Counted from the first letter of the stretch, positions 26,061-36,176 are shown. The stretch is 40,546 nt of DNA from an uncultured bacterium (GCA_965371955.1 CBDVAL010000003.1:1-40546); one strand, 5' to 3'. A program made the numbers and translations. The notes: a model not told the origin generated them from the sequence alone.

Positions 26061-27289
26061 GAGCCAAGGGGTTGAGCGCGGAGCCTCCCGTCGCCGTACC
26101 GCGAGGCCCCGGGCCGGTCGGCCGTGCGCTGCGCGGCGCGCAGCGTCAACCCCTGGATCGAATCAGCTACCAGAGCATGGTCCATCCGGGTGACCTCGAA
26201 CGCGGATCCGATCCCGCGAAGCAGGGTGACGTGCAGGGCTCCACCCAGGTGCTCCTGGAACTCGCGCAGTCCGCCGAGCACGCTGTAGTCGTTCGCGGGG
26301 TCGCGCGTGAGCAACTCATCGTGCCACAGCACGAACCCCAGGTTATCGAGGAGCCGGAGGATGCGTTCGGCGGTCTCCTGGCTCAGGTACCCGCTCCGCA
26401 CCGAGTACAGGATGTCCAGCGCCATGCCCACGGCAACCGCCTCGCCGTGGCAAAGCCGGTGACCCGTCATCGACTCCAGCTTGTGGGCGGCCCAGTGGCC
26501 GAAGTCGAGGGGCCGGGCGGTGCTGTACTCGAACGGGTCACCGCACGTGCGGATATGCTCGAGGTGCAACTCGGCCGAGCGCCGGATCTGATGCTCCATG
26601 ACCGCCGGGTCCCCGGCGCAAATGGCCGCCACGTTCGTCTCGAGGAACTCGAAGAAGGTCCGATCCCGCAGCACCGCCACCTTGACCGCCTCTGCGACCC
26701 CGGCGATCCGGTCGCGTTGCCCCAGCGTCTCGATGAAATTGAAGTCGACGAGCACGGCGAACGGCGTGGTGAACGTCCCGACGAAGTTCTTCTTGCCGAA
26801 TCGGTTCATGCCGTTCTTGGTGCCCATCGCCGAGTCGCTCTGCGACAGGACGGTGGTGGGGACGCGGACCGCGCGAATGCCCCGGTGGGAGATCGCGGCG
26901 GCGAAGCACGCCATGTCCAGCAGAGCGCCTCCCCCGACGACGACGAGAAAAGACTGTCGGTCTATCCCGAGCTCCTGGATACGATCCACCAGCGCGAACA
27001 GGTGCGACCAATCGTTCTTCACCACTTCGCCTCCGGGGACGACCTCCGGTTCGGCCACCAGTTCCATCTTGTCCGAGTGGAGGGTGCAGTAGTCCTCGAT
27101 TGCCGGAACCAGTCCCGGATGCGTGCTGTGTACGTTCGAGTCGATGACAAACAGCAGGCGATGCTTTCGATCCGGCTCCAGTCGCGTGATGAACCGGAGG
27201 AACTCGGTGCTCCCCGGCGCGAACAGGTCCCGCGTGAAACATACGGGGAAGGAGAAGTCGACCTCGAAGCGTTGAAGGATCTCGTTCAT
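26057..27289 (-). CDS. eboD: EboD, 3-dehydroquinate synthase-like sugar-phosphate cyclase
   Basis: 3' part of ORF 26057..27868; ATG 27289 overlaps the vWA stop. PGGEVVKN, GGGALLD, HRGIRAVRVPTTVLSQSDS, KNFVGTF, GDPFE..TARPLDFGHWAAHKLE, HGEAVAVG. Confidence 0.9.
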   Translation of the reverse strand: MNEILQRFEVDFSFPVCFTRDLFAPGSTEFLRFITRLEPDRKHRLLFVIDSNVHSTHPGLVPAIEDYCTLHSDKMELVAEPEVVPGGEVVKNDWSHLFALVDRIQELGIDRQSFLVVVGGGALLDMACFAAAISHRGIRAVRVPTTVLSQSDSAMGTKNGMNRFGKKNFVGTFTTPFAVLVDFNFIETLGQRDRIAGVAEAVKVAVLRDRTFFEFLETNVAAICAGDPAVMEHQIRRSAELHLEHIRTCGDPFEYSTARPLDFGHWAAHKLESMTGHRLCHGEAVAVGMALDILYSVRSGYLSQETAERILRLLDNLGFVLWHDELLTRDPANDYSVLGGLREFQEHLGGALHVTLLRGIGSAFEVTRMDHALVADSIQGLTLRAAQRTADRPGASRYGDGRLRAQPLGS

Positions 27290-29661
27290 GATTGCCTCTT
27301 GTTCGTGATTCCGATGGGACCGATCCGCCGGTACCTGAATGCCGCGTCCCCGAACACCGCAAGGGCGGCGAGGCCGAGGAGGGCTGGGCTCCAGTCGTGC
27401 CGCCGCACGCGACGGGGCAGCGACACGGAGGAAATCGCATCCGGGTCCAGGGGGAGCACCTGTCCCCCGCCTGCGTCGGCCAGGCGCCGCGCCCATCCCG
27501 GGTCGTGGATGGGCAGGCGACGTTCCGGGGGCGCGTCCACCCGGAGCCGTGCCCTGTGACCGCCGACATCCAGAAGGTACTCGCCACGCTCGCCGGCGAC
27601 GAACGAGCCGCCCGCCCGCCCCGGTGCGCGCCATTCCATCGGCAGGATCTGCTCGCGCCCGGACGGCAGGCGCACCGATGCGTCCGGGAGCGCGGCACCC
27701 TGCCCGGGGACGAGCATCTCGACGATACCGCGGCCCTCCCGGAGCCAGACCATGGGGGCCGGCGCGCCCGGGTCCTCGGTCCCGGCGACCAAATGCAGGG
27801 AGGTCGGCAACAGGCCGCCCGTCGAGCGTGCAGGAGGATCCAGCGCAAGGAAGGCGGTCATCCCCCACCCGGACCGGCCGAAGACCAGAAGAGGCTCGCG
27901 GCGGTCCGAGCGAACGGCAACTTGCGTCCCGGGCTTCTCGGTGGTGACAACGAAGGAGGCGCCGGCCGGCACGAAGAAGTCGCGCAGCGAGTTGGCGAAC
28001 TCGGGCTCGGGCCGGCCCCGCATCGGACCCTGCCGGACGTCGGCCGGCCGGAGTCGTGCGCCTTCCCGCCGCAGGGCCGGCGGTAGATCCTCAACGCGGC
28101 CCACGTGCTCGTGCCGCCCGCCGTGGCGGGAGGACAGGCGCTCCAACCGGTGGGCCTGTGCGCCGTCGCCCACCGAGACGGTGCTGAGGGTGACCCCGTC
28201 CGGCCACGGGAGCGACGGCTCGCCGGAGGCCTCCGGGTGCAGCCGGCCGTCGCTCACGAGAATCACGTGCCGGCGCGCAGCGTCCGCCCTGGACAGCCAC
28301 TGCAGCGCCAGGTCGAGCGCCGGGCCCCAGTCCGTGCCGCCGCGCGCCGCCAGGTCCGGAATCGCGTCGAGCTCGCCCCCGTGTTGATCCAGCCGGGCCA
28401 GCCTGCGCAGGACGTGAGGGGCCACGTCGAACGCGATGACCCCGTAGCGGTCGCGGCGCTCCAGCGCGGCGATGACGGCCCTGCCCGCCTCGGCGGCCAG
28501 CGACACTGCCGAGGTGTCGCCGTCCGAGGGCGCCATGCTCCCGGACCGGTCCAGAAGGAGGACTACTGCCGCCTCCTCGCCCGACCGATCTGGAGGCTTG
28601 AGTCGAACCGGGAGAACCTCCTCGAGCGGACCACCTCGGAGCGCCGCCGCGGAGTCCACGTCGGAGCAGGACACGACCAGCCCGCGACCCTGGCGCACGA
28701 ACCGGGCCAGCCGCTCCTGCTCGTCCTGCGTCGGCAGGAAGGACGGGCCGACCTGCGCGAAGACGGCGTCGAAGCGCCCCAGGACATGGTCCGGCGGGAG
28801 CCTCTCCCAGCGCTCGGCCTCCACCAGCCCCGGCGGGACGTCGCCCAGGACGGCAAACCGCGGCGCGCCGGAGGCCGTCACGTCGGCGGAGGCCAGGTTG
28901 TTGCTGACCTCCGCATCGATCTCGGCGTTCACGTGTGCGGTGAGGCGCCCGGACCTGGGCCCGGCGGCGAGGAACCGGCGCACCGCGCGGGTGGTGCCGG
29001 CCTCCACGGTGGTGTGGGCCGTGGCCACCTCCCGGCCGTCGAGCTCGAACGAGATCCTCGCAGTCTGGTTCACGTTCGAGCGCAGCATCACCACCGCCTC
29101 GAACAGCCCGCCGGCCCTCACGCGGGGCGGGACGTGCAATGCCTCCAGGGAGATCTCGCCCTGCGGGTCGCGCAGCAGCGGGACGACGTGCAGATCGACC
29201 CCGGCCCGGGCCGCGGCCAGCGCGGCGTCGCTGCCGTCCCCCACCGGGTCGTGGCCGTCGGTGGCCAGCAGGATGGAGCCTCCGCCCGCCGCCTTGACCA
29301 GCGCGGTGGCCCAGCGGATCCCTGTTCCCAGGTCGGTGCCTGTGTCGTCGATGCTCGGATCGGCTGCGGCATCGACCCACCGGGAGGCCCGGTCCACCGG
29401 GCCGACCCCCAGGACCCGCGGCCCATCGTGGAAGGCGATCACCCCGACGGCCGTCCCCCGTGGCAGGGCGTCGAGGGCCTCGCCCAGCTTCCCGGCAACG
29501 TCCTCGCGCGCCGGCTGCGCCACCGACGACGAGATGTCGAGGAGGATTGCGAGGGTCCCGGCGTCCGAGGTGATCCACCGGGGCTGCGGCAGGGCGGCGA
29601 TCACCAGGAGGAGCGCGACGAGGAGCCACACGACGTCGCGTGCCATGCGGGCCCACGTCAT
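27286..29661 (-). CDS. Membrane-anchored double-vWA domain protein
   Basis: N-terminal TM; two MIDAS motifs (LLDISSS...LATDG and LLDRSGSM...GGTD...LVSDG) separated by an Ig-like/GATase-like region (PLEEVLPV); C-terminal TM. Confidence 0.8.
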   Translation of the reverse strand: MTWARMARDVVWLLVALLLVIAALPQPRWITSDAGTLAILLDISSSVAQPAREDVAGKLGEALDALPRGTAVGVIAFHDGPRVLGVGPVDRASRWVDAAADPSIDDTGTDLGTGIRWATALVKAAGGGSILLATDGHDPVGDGSDAALAAARAGVDLHVVPLLRDPQGEISLEALHVPPRVRAGGLFEAVVMLRSNVNQTARISFELDGREVATAHTTVEAGTTRAVRRFLAAGPRSGRLTAHVNAEIDAEVSNNLASADVTASGAPRFAVLGDVPPGLVEAERWERLPPDHVLGRFDAVFAQVGPSFLPTQDEQERLARFVRQGRGLVVSCSDVDSAAALRGGPLEEVLPVRLKPPDRSGEEAAVVLLLDRSGSMAPSDGDTSAVSLAAEAGRAVIAALERRDRYGVIAFDVAPHVLRRLARLDQHGGELDAIPDLAARGGTDWGPALDLALQWLSRADAARRHVILVSDGRLHPEASGEPSLPWPDGVTLSTVSVGDGAQAHRLERLSSRHGGRHEHVGRVEDLPPALRREGARLRPADVRQGPMRGRPEPEFANSLRDFFVPAGASFVVTTEKPGTQVAVRSDRREPLLVFGRSGWGMTAFLALDPPARSTGGLLPTSLHLVAGTEDPGAPAPMVWLREGRGIVEMLVPGQGAALPDASVRLPSGREQILPMEWRAPGRAGGSFVAGERGEYLLDVGGHRARLRVDAPPERRLPIHDPGWARRLADAGGGQVLPLDPDAISSVSLPRRVRRHDWSPALLGLAALAVFGDAAFRYRRIGPIGITNKRQS

Positions 29662-31091
29662 CGCACACCTCCACCGGCGCCGGCTTCCGAGCCCACCAGC
29701 TCCCGACCGACGCGCGCTCTACGCGGAACTCCCGACCGCCGCAGTCCCCCCCGGAGCCGCACGCCCGCCTCGAGGACGAGCAGGACGAGCACCAGCCCGA
29801 GGATCCCACCGCGGAGGGACCGCGGTGCCGGGTCGGCACGCGCGAGGACGGACTCGGCGGTCACGGCGAAGGGGGGAGGGCTCGGCGTCAGGCCGGCGTG
29901 GGCCGTCACCCCGTGCGTGTCCCCGGCGAGTCGCCGCAACATTCCCGATAGCACCAGCGGCAGCACGCCGCGGGACGGAAGGTCCGTGGTCTCCAGCGGG
30001 ATCCCCCACCAGATCCCCACGGAGTCCTTCGCCTGGTGCAGGGCGACTGCGGTCTCGCCGCCGAGGACCGCCAGTGTCGTCGCGCCGCGCGGCGGCTGCG
30101 GTGGGGGGGAGACCAGGGGCCGCGCGAGCACCGGGTGGAAGCGCTCCAGAAAATCGACATCGGTTGCCACGATGTCCAGCGCTCCCGTAGGCCTGGGCGT
30201 GCCGGCCCCGGGCTCCCGGAGCGGCAGGAAGATCCAGCGAGGCGGCAAGTCCTGCGGGAGCCGCCCGACGAACAGGTGAACGACGCCCGTCTCACCGTCC
30301 CCTCGGTGGAAGAGCGGCAGCGCGGCGGCCAGTTCGCCGGGAAGAGGACCGTCCGCGTGCACCTGGATCGACAGGCGCACGACGCCGTCCGGTCGTTCCG
30401 CCGGCGAGGGGACGGCACGGTGCACGGAGGGCCCCCCCACGGCGACCGCCTCGAGGGTGACGCGATCCGTTGTGTGCTCGAGAGGTCGCAGCCTCGAGCC
30501 TGCGAAGTCGCTGATCACCACGACGCGCCCGCCTCCCCGGGATGCGAGCAGGGCCGCCGCGGTGGCGGTCAGGCTCCCGAGGGGCGCCGCACCGTGCCCC
30601 GGCGAGAGATCGCGCAGCGCTGCTTCGAGCGGCTCGCTCTCTCCCGGTCCTGCCTGCGCCGTCCGCAGTTCCTGTCCCGACGCCACGACGAGGCGATACG
30701 ACGAGGCGTCCGATTCTCGCAGCAGGCGCAGGGCGACCTCCCTGGCCGTATCGATCCGCCGCCGGCCGGCGCCGCCGGCCAGTGCCGCCATGCTTGCCGA
30801 GCCGTCGACGATGACGGCAAGGGGCCGGGCGTTCCCGGCCGGGACGAGCCAGGGCCCGGCAGCCGCCAGCGCGAGGCCGGCCAGGATCAGGAGCGACAGG
30901 AGGAGGGACACGGGCGGCGCGCGGCGCGCACTTCTGAGACCGAGGGACGATGCGTCGGGGAGATCCCGGAAGAGCAGATGGGATGAGACGACCTGCCGGT
31001 AGGGGCGCGCGCGCCGGCTCGCCAGCAGGAGCAGCAGTGCCGGCAGAGCCAGCAGCCACAACCAACCGGCCGGATGGAACGAGACGTTCAT
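29658..31091 (-). CDS. BatA-type N-terminal TM + vWA domain protein
   Basis: F.HPAGWLWLLALPALLLL...VSSHLLF (BatA-like); VIVDGSASM MIDAS; VVISDF; C-terminal LLVLE TM. Start assigned to ATG 31091. Confidence 0.78.
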   Translation of the reverse strand: MNVSFHPAGWLWLLALPALLLLLASRRARPYRQVVSSHLLFRDLPDASSLGLRSARRAPPVSLLLSLLILAGLALAAAGPWLVPAGNARPLAVIVDGSASMAALAGGAGRRRIDTAREVALRLLRESDASSYRLVVASGQELRTAQAGPGESEPLEAALRDLSPGHGAAPLGSLTATAAALLASRGGGRVVVISDFAGSRLRPLEHTTDRVTLEAVAVGGPSVHRAVPSPAERPDGVVRLSIQVHADGPLPGELAAALPLFHRGDGETGVVHLFVGRLPQDLPPRWIFLPLREPGAGTPRPTGALDIVATDVDFLERFHPVLARPLVSPPPQPPRGATTLAVLGGETAVALHQAKDSVGIWWGIPLETTDLPSRGVLPLVLSGMLRRLAGDTHGVTAHAGLTPSPPPFAVTAESVLARADPAPRSLRGGILGLVLVLLVLEAGVRLRGGLRRSGVPRRARVGRELVGSEAGAGGGVR

Positions 31092-31101
31092 CCCGTGCCC
31101 C

Positions 31102-31995
31102 TCATGCCACCACTCCTGCATCCCGAAGCTCGCCGAACATCATCTCCCGGATCTCGCGCCGCGCCTCCAGGTTCGCCAGGCGTATCCTGGAGCGGGCACA
31201 GAAGCGGACCACCCGATCCAGCTCGCGCCGCCGCAGCAGGCGGTAGTGCTCCCGGTCGCCGGGCTCGAGCACCACCAGGCGCTCCGCTCCGGTCTCCACG
31301 TCGATGACGGTGGCTCCATCCTCCGGCAGATCCGGGTCCTCATCCGACGGCGCGCGCAGCCGTAGCACCGAGACCTCGAAGCCGCGCCTGCGGAGTGAGC
31401 CCAGGCCGCCCTCGAAGTCCTCCGCCAGCAGGTCCGAGATCACGATCACCTGGCCGATCTCGACCGCCTGGGCGGCGAAGGAGCGCAGGCACTTCGCCGC
31501 GGCGGTTCCCTCTCCGTCCGGGACCAACGTCAGGAAGTCGAGCAATCTGGCCCGGTGGGCGGGCCCCCTTACGGCCGGCAGGCCCGCCAGGATCCGGTCC
31601 GCGAAGCAGGTAACCCCGACGCGAGCCCCGGACGAGAGGCCCACGTAACCCAGGGCGAAGGCCAGCGCCGAGGCGATCTCCGACTTGGGCGGGCTCCCCA
31701 GGCTCATCGACCGGCTCCGGTCGACCAGAAGGTCCAGCCGGTCGGCGCGCTCGGGGAGGAACTGCCGCACGTACGTCTTGCCGATCCGGGCCAGGACGTG
31801 CCAGTCGAGGTAACGCAGGTCGTCCCCCGACTGGTACGGCCGATGGCCGACCCAGTCGAGCCCGCAACTCCTGGGCGAGGTCCCCCGGCCCTCCCCGGGG
31901 CCGCTGGAGCCCGGTCGCCGACGGCCCAGCGCCAGCTGATCCAGCCCGCGCAGGAATCCCGGCGCCGTGACCTCGGCCGTCCACGCGGGCCTCAT
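31102..31995 (-). CDS. DUF58 (MoxR-associated vWA-like) protein
   Basis: 3' part of ORF 31102..33378; ATG 31995 overlaps the MoxR stop. HRPYQSGDDLRYLDW, LLVDRSRSM, IVISDLL, DVETG. Confidence 0.88.
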   Translation of the reverse strand: MRPAWTAEVTAPGFLRGLDQLALGRRRPGSSGPGEGRGTSPRSCGLDWVGHRPYQSGDDLRYLDWHVLARIGKTYVRQFLPERADRLDLLVDRSRSMSLGSPPKSEIASALAFALGYVGLSSGARVGVTCFADRILAGLPAVRGPAHRARLLDFLTLVPDGEGTAAAKCLRSFAAQAVEIGQVIVISDLLAEDFEGGLGSLRRRGFEVSVLRLRAPSDEDPDLPEDGATVIDVETGAERLVVLEPGDREHYRLLRRRELDRVVRFCARSRIRLANLEARREIREMMFGELRDAGVVA

Positions 31996-33032
31996 CCGAG
32001 GAACCTGTCGGTGAGGGCGGTGATGATCCCGTCCTGCCGCACCGACTCCGTGTTCGCCTCGAAGTTCAGCAGCAAGCGGTGCCGCAACGCCGGACGCGCG
32101 GCGATTCGAACATCCTCCGCCGCCACGTGGCAGCGACCGTCGAGGATGGCGTTGGCCTTGGCGCCCAGCACGATGGCTCGCGCGGCCCGCGGGCTGGCCC
32201 CGAGCCGCACGAACTTCCGCACCTCCTCGGGCGCAGCCGGGTCCTCGGGACGGGAGGCGACGACCAGCTCGGTCGCGGCATCCAGCAGGTCGGAGGCGAT
32301 GGGAACGCTCCGGACCGTCCGCTGGTACTGCAGAAGCTCCTTCGGCGACAGGACGCGGCGAACTTGTGGCGTGTCCGGGCCGATGGTCTCCTCGGCGATC
32401 CGGCGCACCACGTCGCGCGGGGGGTAGTCCACCAGGATCTTGAACAGGAAGCGATCGAGCTGTGCCTCGGGAAGGGGGAACGTGCCCTCCATCTCGATGG
32501 GATTCTGGGTAGCGAGGAGCAAGAACGGCTCCGGCAGGGGATGGCTCTCCCCGGCGACGGTGACCTGGTGCTCCTCCATGGCCTCGAGGAAGGCCGACTG
32601 GGTCCTGGGGGTCGCCCGGTTGATCTCGTCGGCGAGGATGAGCTGCGCGAACAACGGTCCGTGCTGAAAGCGCAGGCTGCGCATGCCGGCCTCGCCCTCG
32701 GTCAGGATCGTCGTCCCGGTGACGTCGGCGGGGACGAGATCCGGCGTGCACTGCACACGCCCGAACTCCAGTCCCAGGACTCCGGCGGTCGAGCGGACGA
32801 GGAGGGTCTTGCCGACGCCGGGAACCCCCTCGAGGAGCGAGTGACCGCCTGCGAGGATGGCGAGGATCACCTCGCGGACCACCGACTCCTGTCCCACCAC
32901 GACCCGGGCGAGTTCCGATTCGACGCCCTGAAGCCGGACGCGGATCCGATCCAGTTCCTCCTCGGTCACGGCCTCGGCCGAGGGGGTTTCCACCTTCTCC
33001 GCCCATCCCTTGCCGAGAGGAGCTTTCCTCAT
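31992..33032 (-). CDS. moxR: MoxR-family AAA+ ATPase
   Basis: 3' part of ORF 31992..34178; ATG 33032. Walker A LLEGVPGVGKT, Walker B ILADEINRA, ATQNPIEMEGTFPLPEAQLDRF, GASPR. Confidence 0.93.
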   Translation of the reverse strand: MRKAPLGKGWAEKVETPSAEAVTEEELDRIRVRLQGVESELARVVVGQESVVREVILAILAGGHSLLEGVPGVGKTLLVRSTAGVLGLEFGRVQCTPDLVPADVTGTTILTEGEAGMRSLRFQHGPLFAQLILADEINRATPRTQSAFLEAMEEHQVTVAGESHPLPEPFLLLATQNPIEMEGTFPLPEAQLDRFLFKILVDYPPRDVVRRIAEETIGPDTPQVRRVLSPKELLQYQRTVRSVPIASDLLDAATELVVASRPEDPAAPEEVRKFVRLGASPRAARAIVLGAKANAILDGRCHVAAEDVRIAARPALRHRLLLNFEANTESVRQDGIITALTDRFLG

Positions 33033-34264
33033 CTGGGTCCCCTGTTCTCCCGGCCCTTGGAGGAGCCGTGGTCTTCCGCCGCGACGCCGGCGGTGAGCTG
33101 CCCGAGCGCCCGCAGGTACGCCTGCACGAGATCGCGCTCGCGCTCCCCGACGGGGCGCGCCGAGGCGAGGGCGCGCCGCGGGCCCGAGCCGACCCGGCCC
33201 GGGTACGGCGCACCGGGCGCCGCCCCCGGGGACGCCGGTTCCACCTTGGAGGGGCCGCCCTCCTGCGCGGCAGCCGGGAGCCGCCAGGCCCGCCCGCCCG
33301 TCTCGGCCTGCCGCGCTCGCGGCATGGCGTCGGTGACGAGGAGGCTCGCGCGGCCGAGCCCTTCGCCCGATCCGGCACCTCCCTGCGTCGTCGCCGCTCG
33401 GCCGCCCGGTGGGCGATGGAGCCCGGGGCCCGCCTCGCCCAGCGCAGGCGGTGACCCGGTGGAGAGAGTTCCCTTCGCGCCGGCCGCGGATCCCATCCGA
33501 GGGTGCTCGGCGTCCTCCTGCGCGGCCGCCCGCAGCACGGCAGAGGCTTCCTCCGGCGCGACCTCTGCGAGATCGAGCAGGGCGCTGCGGGCGCGCGCCA
33601 TGTCCATCGCGTTGGAACGGAGGGCCTGTTCGATTCGCAGCACCTGCCGCGCCAACCTCACTCCTTCCTCTCCCCGATGCTCTCGGGCGGACAGAAGCCG
33701 AGCGGCGAGCTGCTGCAGCGCGGCAGAGAGTGACCGGCGCTCGCCCTGGATGCCGGCGTGGCCGAGCCCCGGCGCGGTTGACTCCGGCGTGGCCCGCACG
33801 CCGATCCCCCACGCCAGCATCGCAAGCGCCGGGAGCAGCACCAGGATCCTCGGAGGCCGCAGGGGCAGGGCCGCGGCGACCCTGACCGGCTCGACCCTGC
33901 GGGCGGCGCGGCGGACCAGCAGGCGACGGATCGGCTCTCTCGATCGCCTGACCTCCATGCCCGTCACGAGCAGATGCTGCAGGCCGAGACGTCGATCCAC
34001 CTCCAGCAGGACGCGCCGGGACGACACCGGGAGCGACGCAGCCACGACCAGGGCGGAGGCCACCGAGGTCAGGACGGGCCACGCGACCCAGCCCCCCCAG
34101 GTCCATGCCGCAACCCATCCGGAGACGCGCATCGCCGAGGCACCGACGAACAGGGCGGCCAACGCCACCAGCGCCCACGCGCCGGCGGTGGTCATCCGGC
34201 GAAGCCGGACCCTGATGCGCGCGCGGCGCGCGAATCGCTCCAGCACGTCGCGCGCATCGCTCAT
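33029..34264 (-). CDS. Hypothetical membrane-anchored protein with helical and Gly/Ala/Pro-rich C-terminus (MoxR-operon associated)
   Basis: ATG 34264 in a TGATG overlap. Two TMs then EVDRRLGLQHLLVT; ends P..ERDLVQAYLRAL, a pattern I associate with MoxR/vWA operon accessory proteins. Confidence 0.65.
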   Translation of the reverse strand: MSDARDVLERFARRARIRVRLRRMTTAGAWALVALAALFVGASAMRVSGWVAAWTWGGWVAWPVLTSVASALVVAASLPVSSRRVLLEVDRRLGLQHLLVTGMEVRRSREPIRRLLVRRAARRVEPVRVAAALPLRPPRILVLLPALAMLAWGIGVRATPESTAPGLGHAGIQGERRSLSAALQQLAARLLSAREHRGEEGVRLARQVLRIEQALRSNAMDMARARSALLDLAEVAPEEASAVLRAAAQEDAEHPRMGSAAGAKGTLSTGSPPALGEAGPGLHRPPGGRAATTQGGAGSGEGLGRASLLVTDAMPRARQAETGGRAWRLPAAAQEGGPSKVEPASPGAAPGAPYPGRVGSGPRRALASARPVGERERDLVQAYLRALGQLTAGVAAEDHGSSKGRENRGPR

Positions 34265-34905
34265 CACCGATCCCCCAGCCGGCGCTGGAAGACGGCAGCC
34301 GCGGCGCAGAGTAGAGCGACGATCAGAAAGGCCGTGGCCATCGCAACGGGAGGCAGCTCCGGCCCGGGGAACCCGCCGGGTGACGAGGCCGTCCATCGAA
34401 GGCTCCCCGGCCACAGAATGAGCGCCCCCAGCGCCGCCGCCGCCATGCCTCCGGCGGGCTGCGTCGCACCGAGGGCTCCCAGAAGCAACCCCAGCAGCGT
34501 GCCGCATGCTGCAGCGGCCATGGCGCCGAGCCCCACCATCGCCAGCCGGCGCCCCGAGGCACCCAGCTCCCAGCCGACGATCAGGACCGGCGCGCACAGC
34601 GCCGCGCCGCGCATTCCCTCGAGGAACGTCATGCTCGCGAGTCTCGCCAGGCGTCGGAGCGTTCGCCCCGTGTCCCCCCGACTCCGTCGCAGGGCGCGGC
34701 GGGCGAGGCCCGCACCATGGGCGGAGGTGAGGATCAGCAGGCCCACGGCGAGCAAGCCGCCGATGGTGGTGGCGTGTCCCTCGCCGTCCTGCCACCCGGG
34801 TCCCAGAACCCGCACGGCGGCGAGCCCGATGACCAGAAGGGCGACGAGCGTGGTCGAGCGGGAACGCGGCGCGAGCAGCCGTCGCATGCGCATCCGCGCG
34901 CTCAT
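34264..34905 (-). CDS. Hypothetical multi-TM protein (ABC-2 permease-like)
   Basis: ATG 34905 in an ATGA overlap; about 6 hydrophobic segments; C-terminal AVFQRR resembles ABC-2 permease ends. Confidence 0.55.
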   Translation of the reverse strand: MSARMRMRRLLAPRSRSTTLVALLVIGLAAVRVLGPGWQDGEGHATTIGGLLAVGLLILTSAHGAGLARRALRRSRGDTGRTLRRLARLASMTFLEGMRGAALCAPVLIVGWELGASGRRLAMVGLGAMAAAACGTLLGLLLGALGATQPAGGMAAAALGALILWPGSLRWTASSPGGFPGPELPPVAMATAFLIVALLCAAAAVFQRRLGDR

Positions 34906-36176
34906 GTGTCCTCCCTCCCGCCGGCGACGAGCAGGGTCCACCCCTTGTCGACCGGGCTCCCGGCGTGCAGGCGCGCGGGGCGGAACGGGCTACGGGACCA
35001 GGCCACGATCACCGGCTCGTCCCGGGACAGGAGGGGCGAGGCGAGGCAATCCAGCGCCTCCTCGATGAGGCGGGCGCGTTCGCGAGGCAGCTCGCCGTGA
35101 GCAACGCGGCGGCCGGCACCTCGCTGCGGCAGCGGACCATCCACGAGCAGGGGCGCCAGAGCCGGGAGTTCTCCGAGCCGCAGCGGTTCGCGTCCGGGTA
35201 AGAGCAACCAGGCGTCCTCCCAGGTGCGGTCGAAGCCGTTTCTCACCAGGCCGACGATACGGTCGCCGCGCGCTCCGACCTGAAGCGCCAGGCGCTTCTC
35301 CGTCGTCTCTTCGCCGAGCCAACCGATGCGCAGCCCGCCTCCCAGCGGCACAACCCGCGAGACACTCCCCTCCGGTGATGGGCCGGACGCACCCTGATGG
35401 GCATCCTCCTCGCGGACCTCCAGGGCCCAGGACGACGGCCCCGGGTCCATCTCCACTCGTTGGCGCCCTCCGGAGCGCAGCACCGACGCGCTCCACAGGA
35501 GGAGCGGTGCCCGCGGGGCGTCGAGCAGGACGTCGACCTGTGCCCAATCCTGTACGGCGGCGGTGCGCCCCCACAGGGGCCACGAGGCGATGACCAGGAC
35601 CAGCGAGAGCAAGCCTGCCTCCCGCCATCCGCGCGCGCGGCCGCGGGTGAACGGAAGCACGGTGAGCAGCAGGAGAAGGTAGCCGAAGGTTCGAACGGCC
35701 AACCCGGCTCGAATCTCGCGCCGGGGTCGAAGCCGGGTGGCGGCCAGGTTCTCCGCCGGCCCGAACAGCTCACAGACGGCCTCGCCTGCGGCCCGCTCCT
35801 CCGGCGCCATCGCCACGGTGCGCACTTGACCGAGGCCCACGGAGTGGATCGACCCGGCCCCGGTCAACGCATCCGGCGCCAGCAGGGCGAGGGCGGGCTG
35901 GACGGCCTGGCCCACCAGGGTGAGCCGCCCGCCGCGGTACAGGCATCGCCGGATTGCGAGCCGATCTTCCTCATCGAGCCTCAGGATCTCCGACCCGGTG
36001 GCGGTCCATTCGCTGCCGGCCGCGGGACACCGGAAGGGCGAGGCCGGGTCCCGGGCGGCGCCGGGCGCGAGGCCGGTGGACGCGGCGACGGCCAGCACGG
36101 CGGACAAGATCACCCGGAAACCGGCGGCGCGACCTGCGCCGCCCGCGGTCCGGCTCCCTGGTGTGGCGAGGCTCAA
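34902..36176 (-). CDS. Hypothetical exported/membrane protein
   Basis: Within ORF 34902..36314. TTG 36176 overlaps the upstream stop (TTGA) with a GGAGGT RBS. Signal-like segment, two central TMs, and a V.N......DAWL beta-rich C-terminal domain. Confidence 0.6.
   Translation of the reverse strand: MSLATPGSRTAGGAGRAAGFRVILSAVLAVAASTGLAPGAARDPASPFRCPAAGSEWTATGSEILRLDEEDRLAIRRCLYRGGRLTLVGQAVQPALALLAPDALTGAGSIHSVGLGQVRTVAMAPEERAAGEAVCELFGPAENLAATRLRPRREIRAGLAVRTFGYLLLLLTVLPFTRGRARGWREAGLLSLVLVIASWPLWGRTAAVQDWAQVDVLLDAPRAPLLLWSASVLRSGGRQRVEMDPGPSSWALEVREEDAHQGASGPSPEGSVSRVVPLGGGLRIGWLGEETTEKRLALQVGARGDRIVGLVRNGFDRTWEDAWLLLPGREPLRLGELPALAPLLVDGPLPQRGAGRRVAHGELPRERARLIEEALDCLASPLLSRDEPVIVAWSRSPFRPARLHAGSPVDKGWTLLVAGGREDT

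Noticed and set aside
26057-27289. Calling this gene housekeeping aroB
   Set aside because: The GDPFE...RPLDFGHWAAHKLE motif and the ebo context indicate EboD rather than shikimate-pathway AroB.
27286-33032. MoxR-vWA ternary (VMAP-type) conflict system
   Set aside because: No VMAP, effector-associated or peptidase domains recognised; components are of the DUF58/BatA membrane-associated type.
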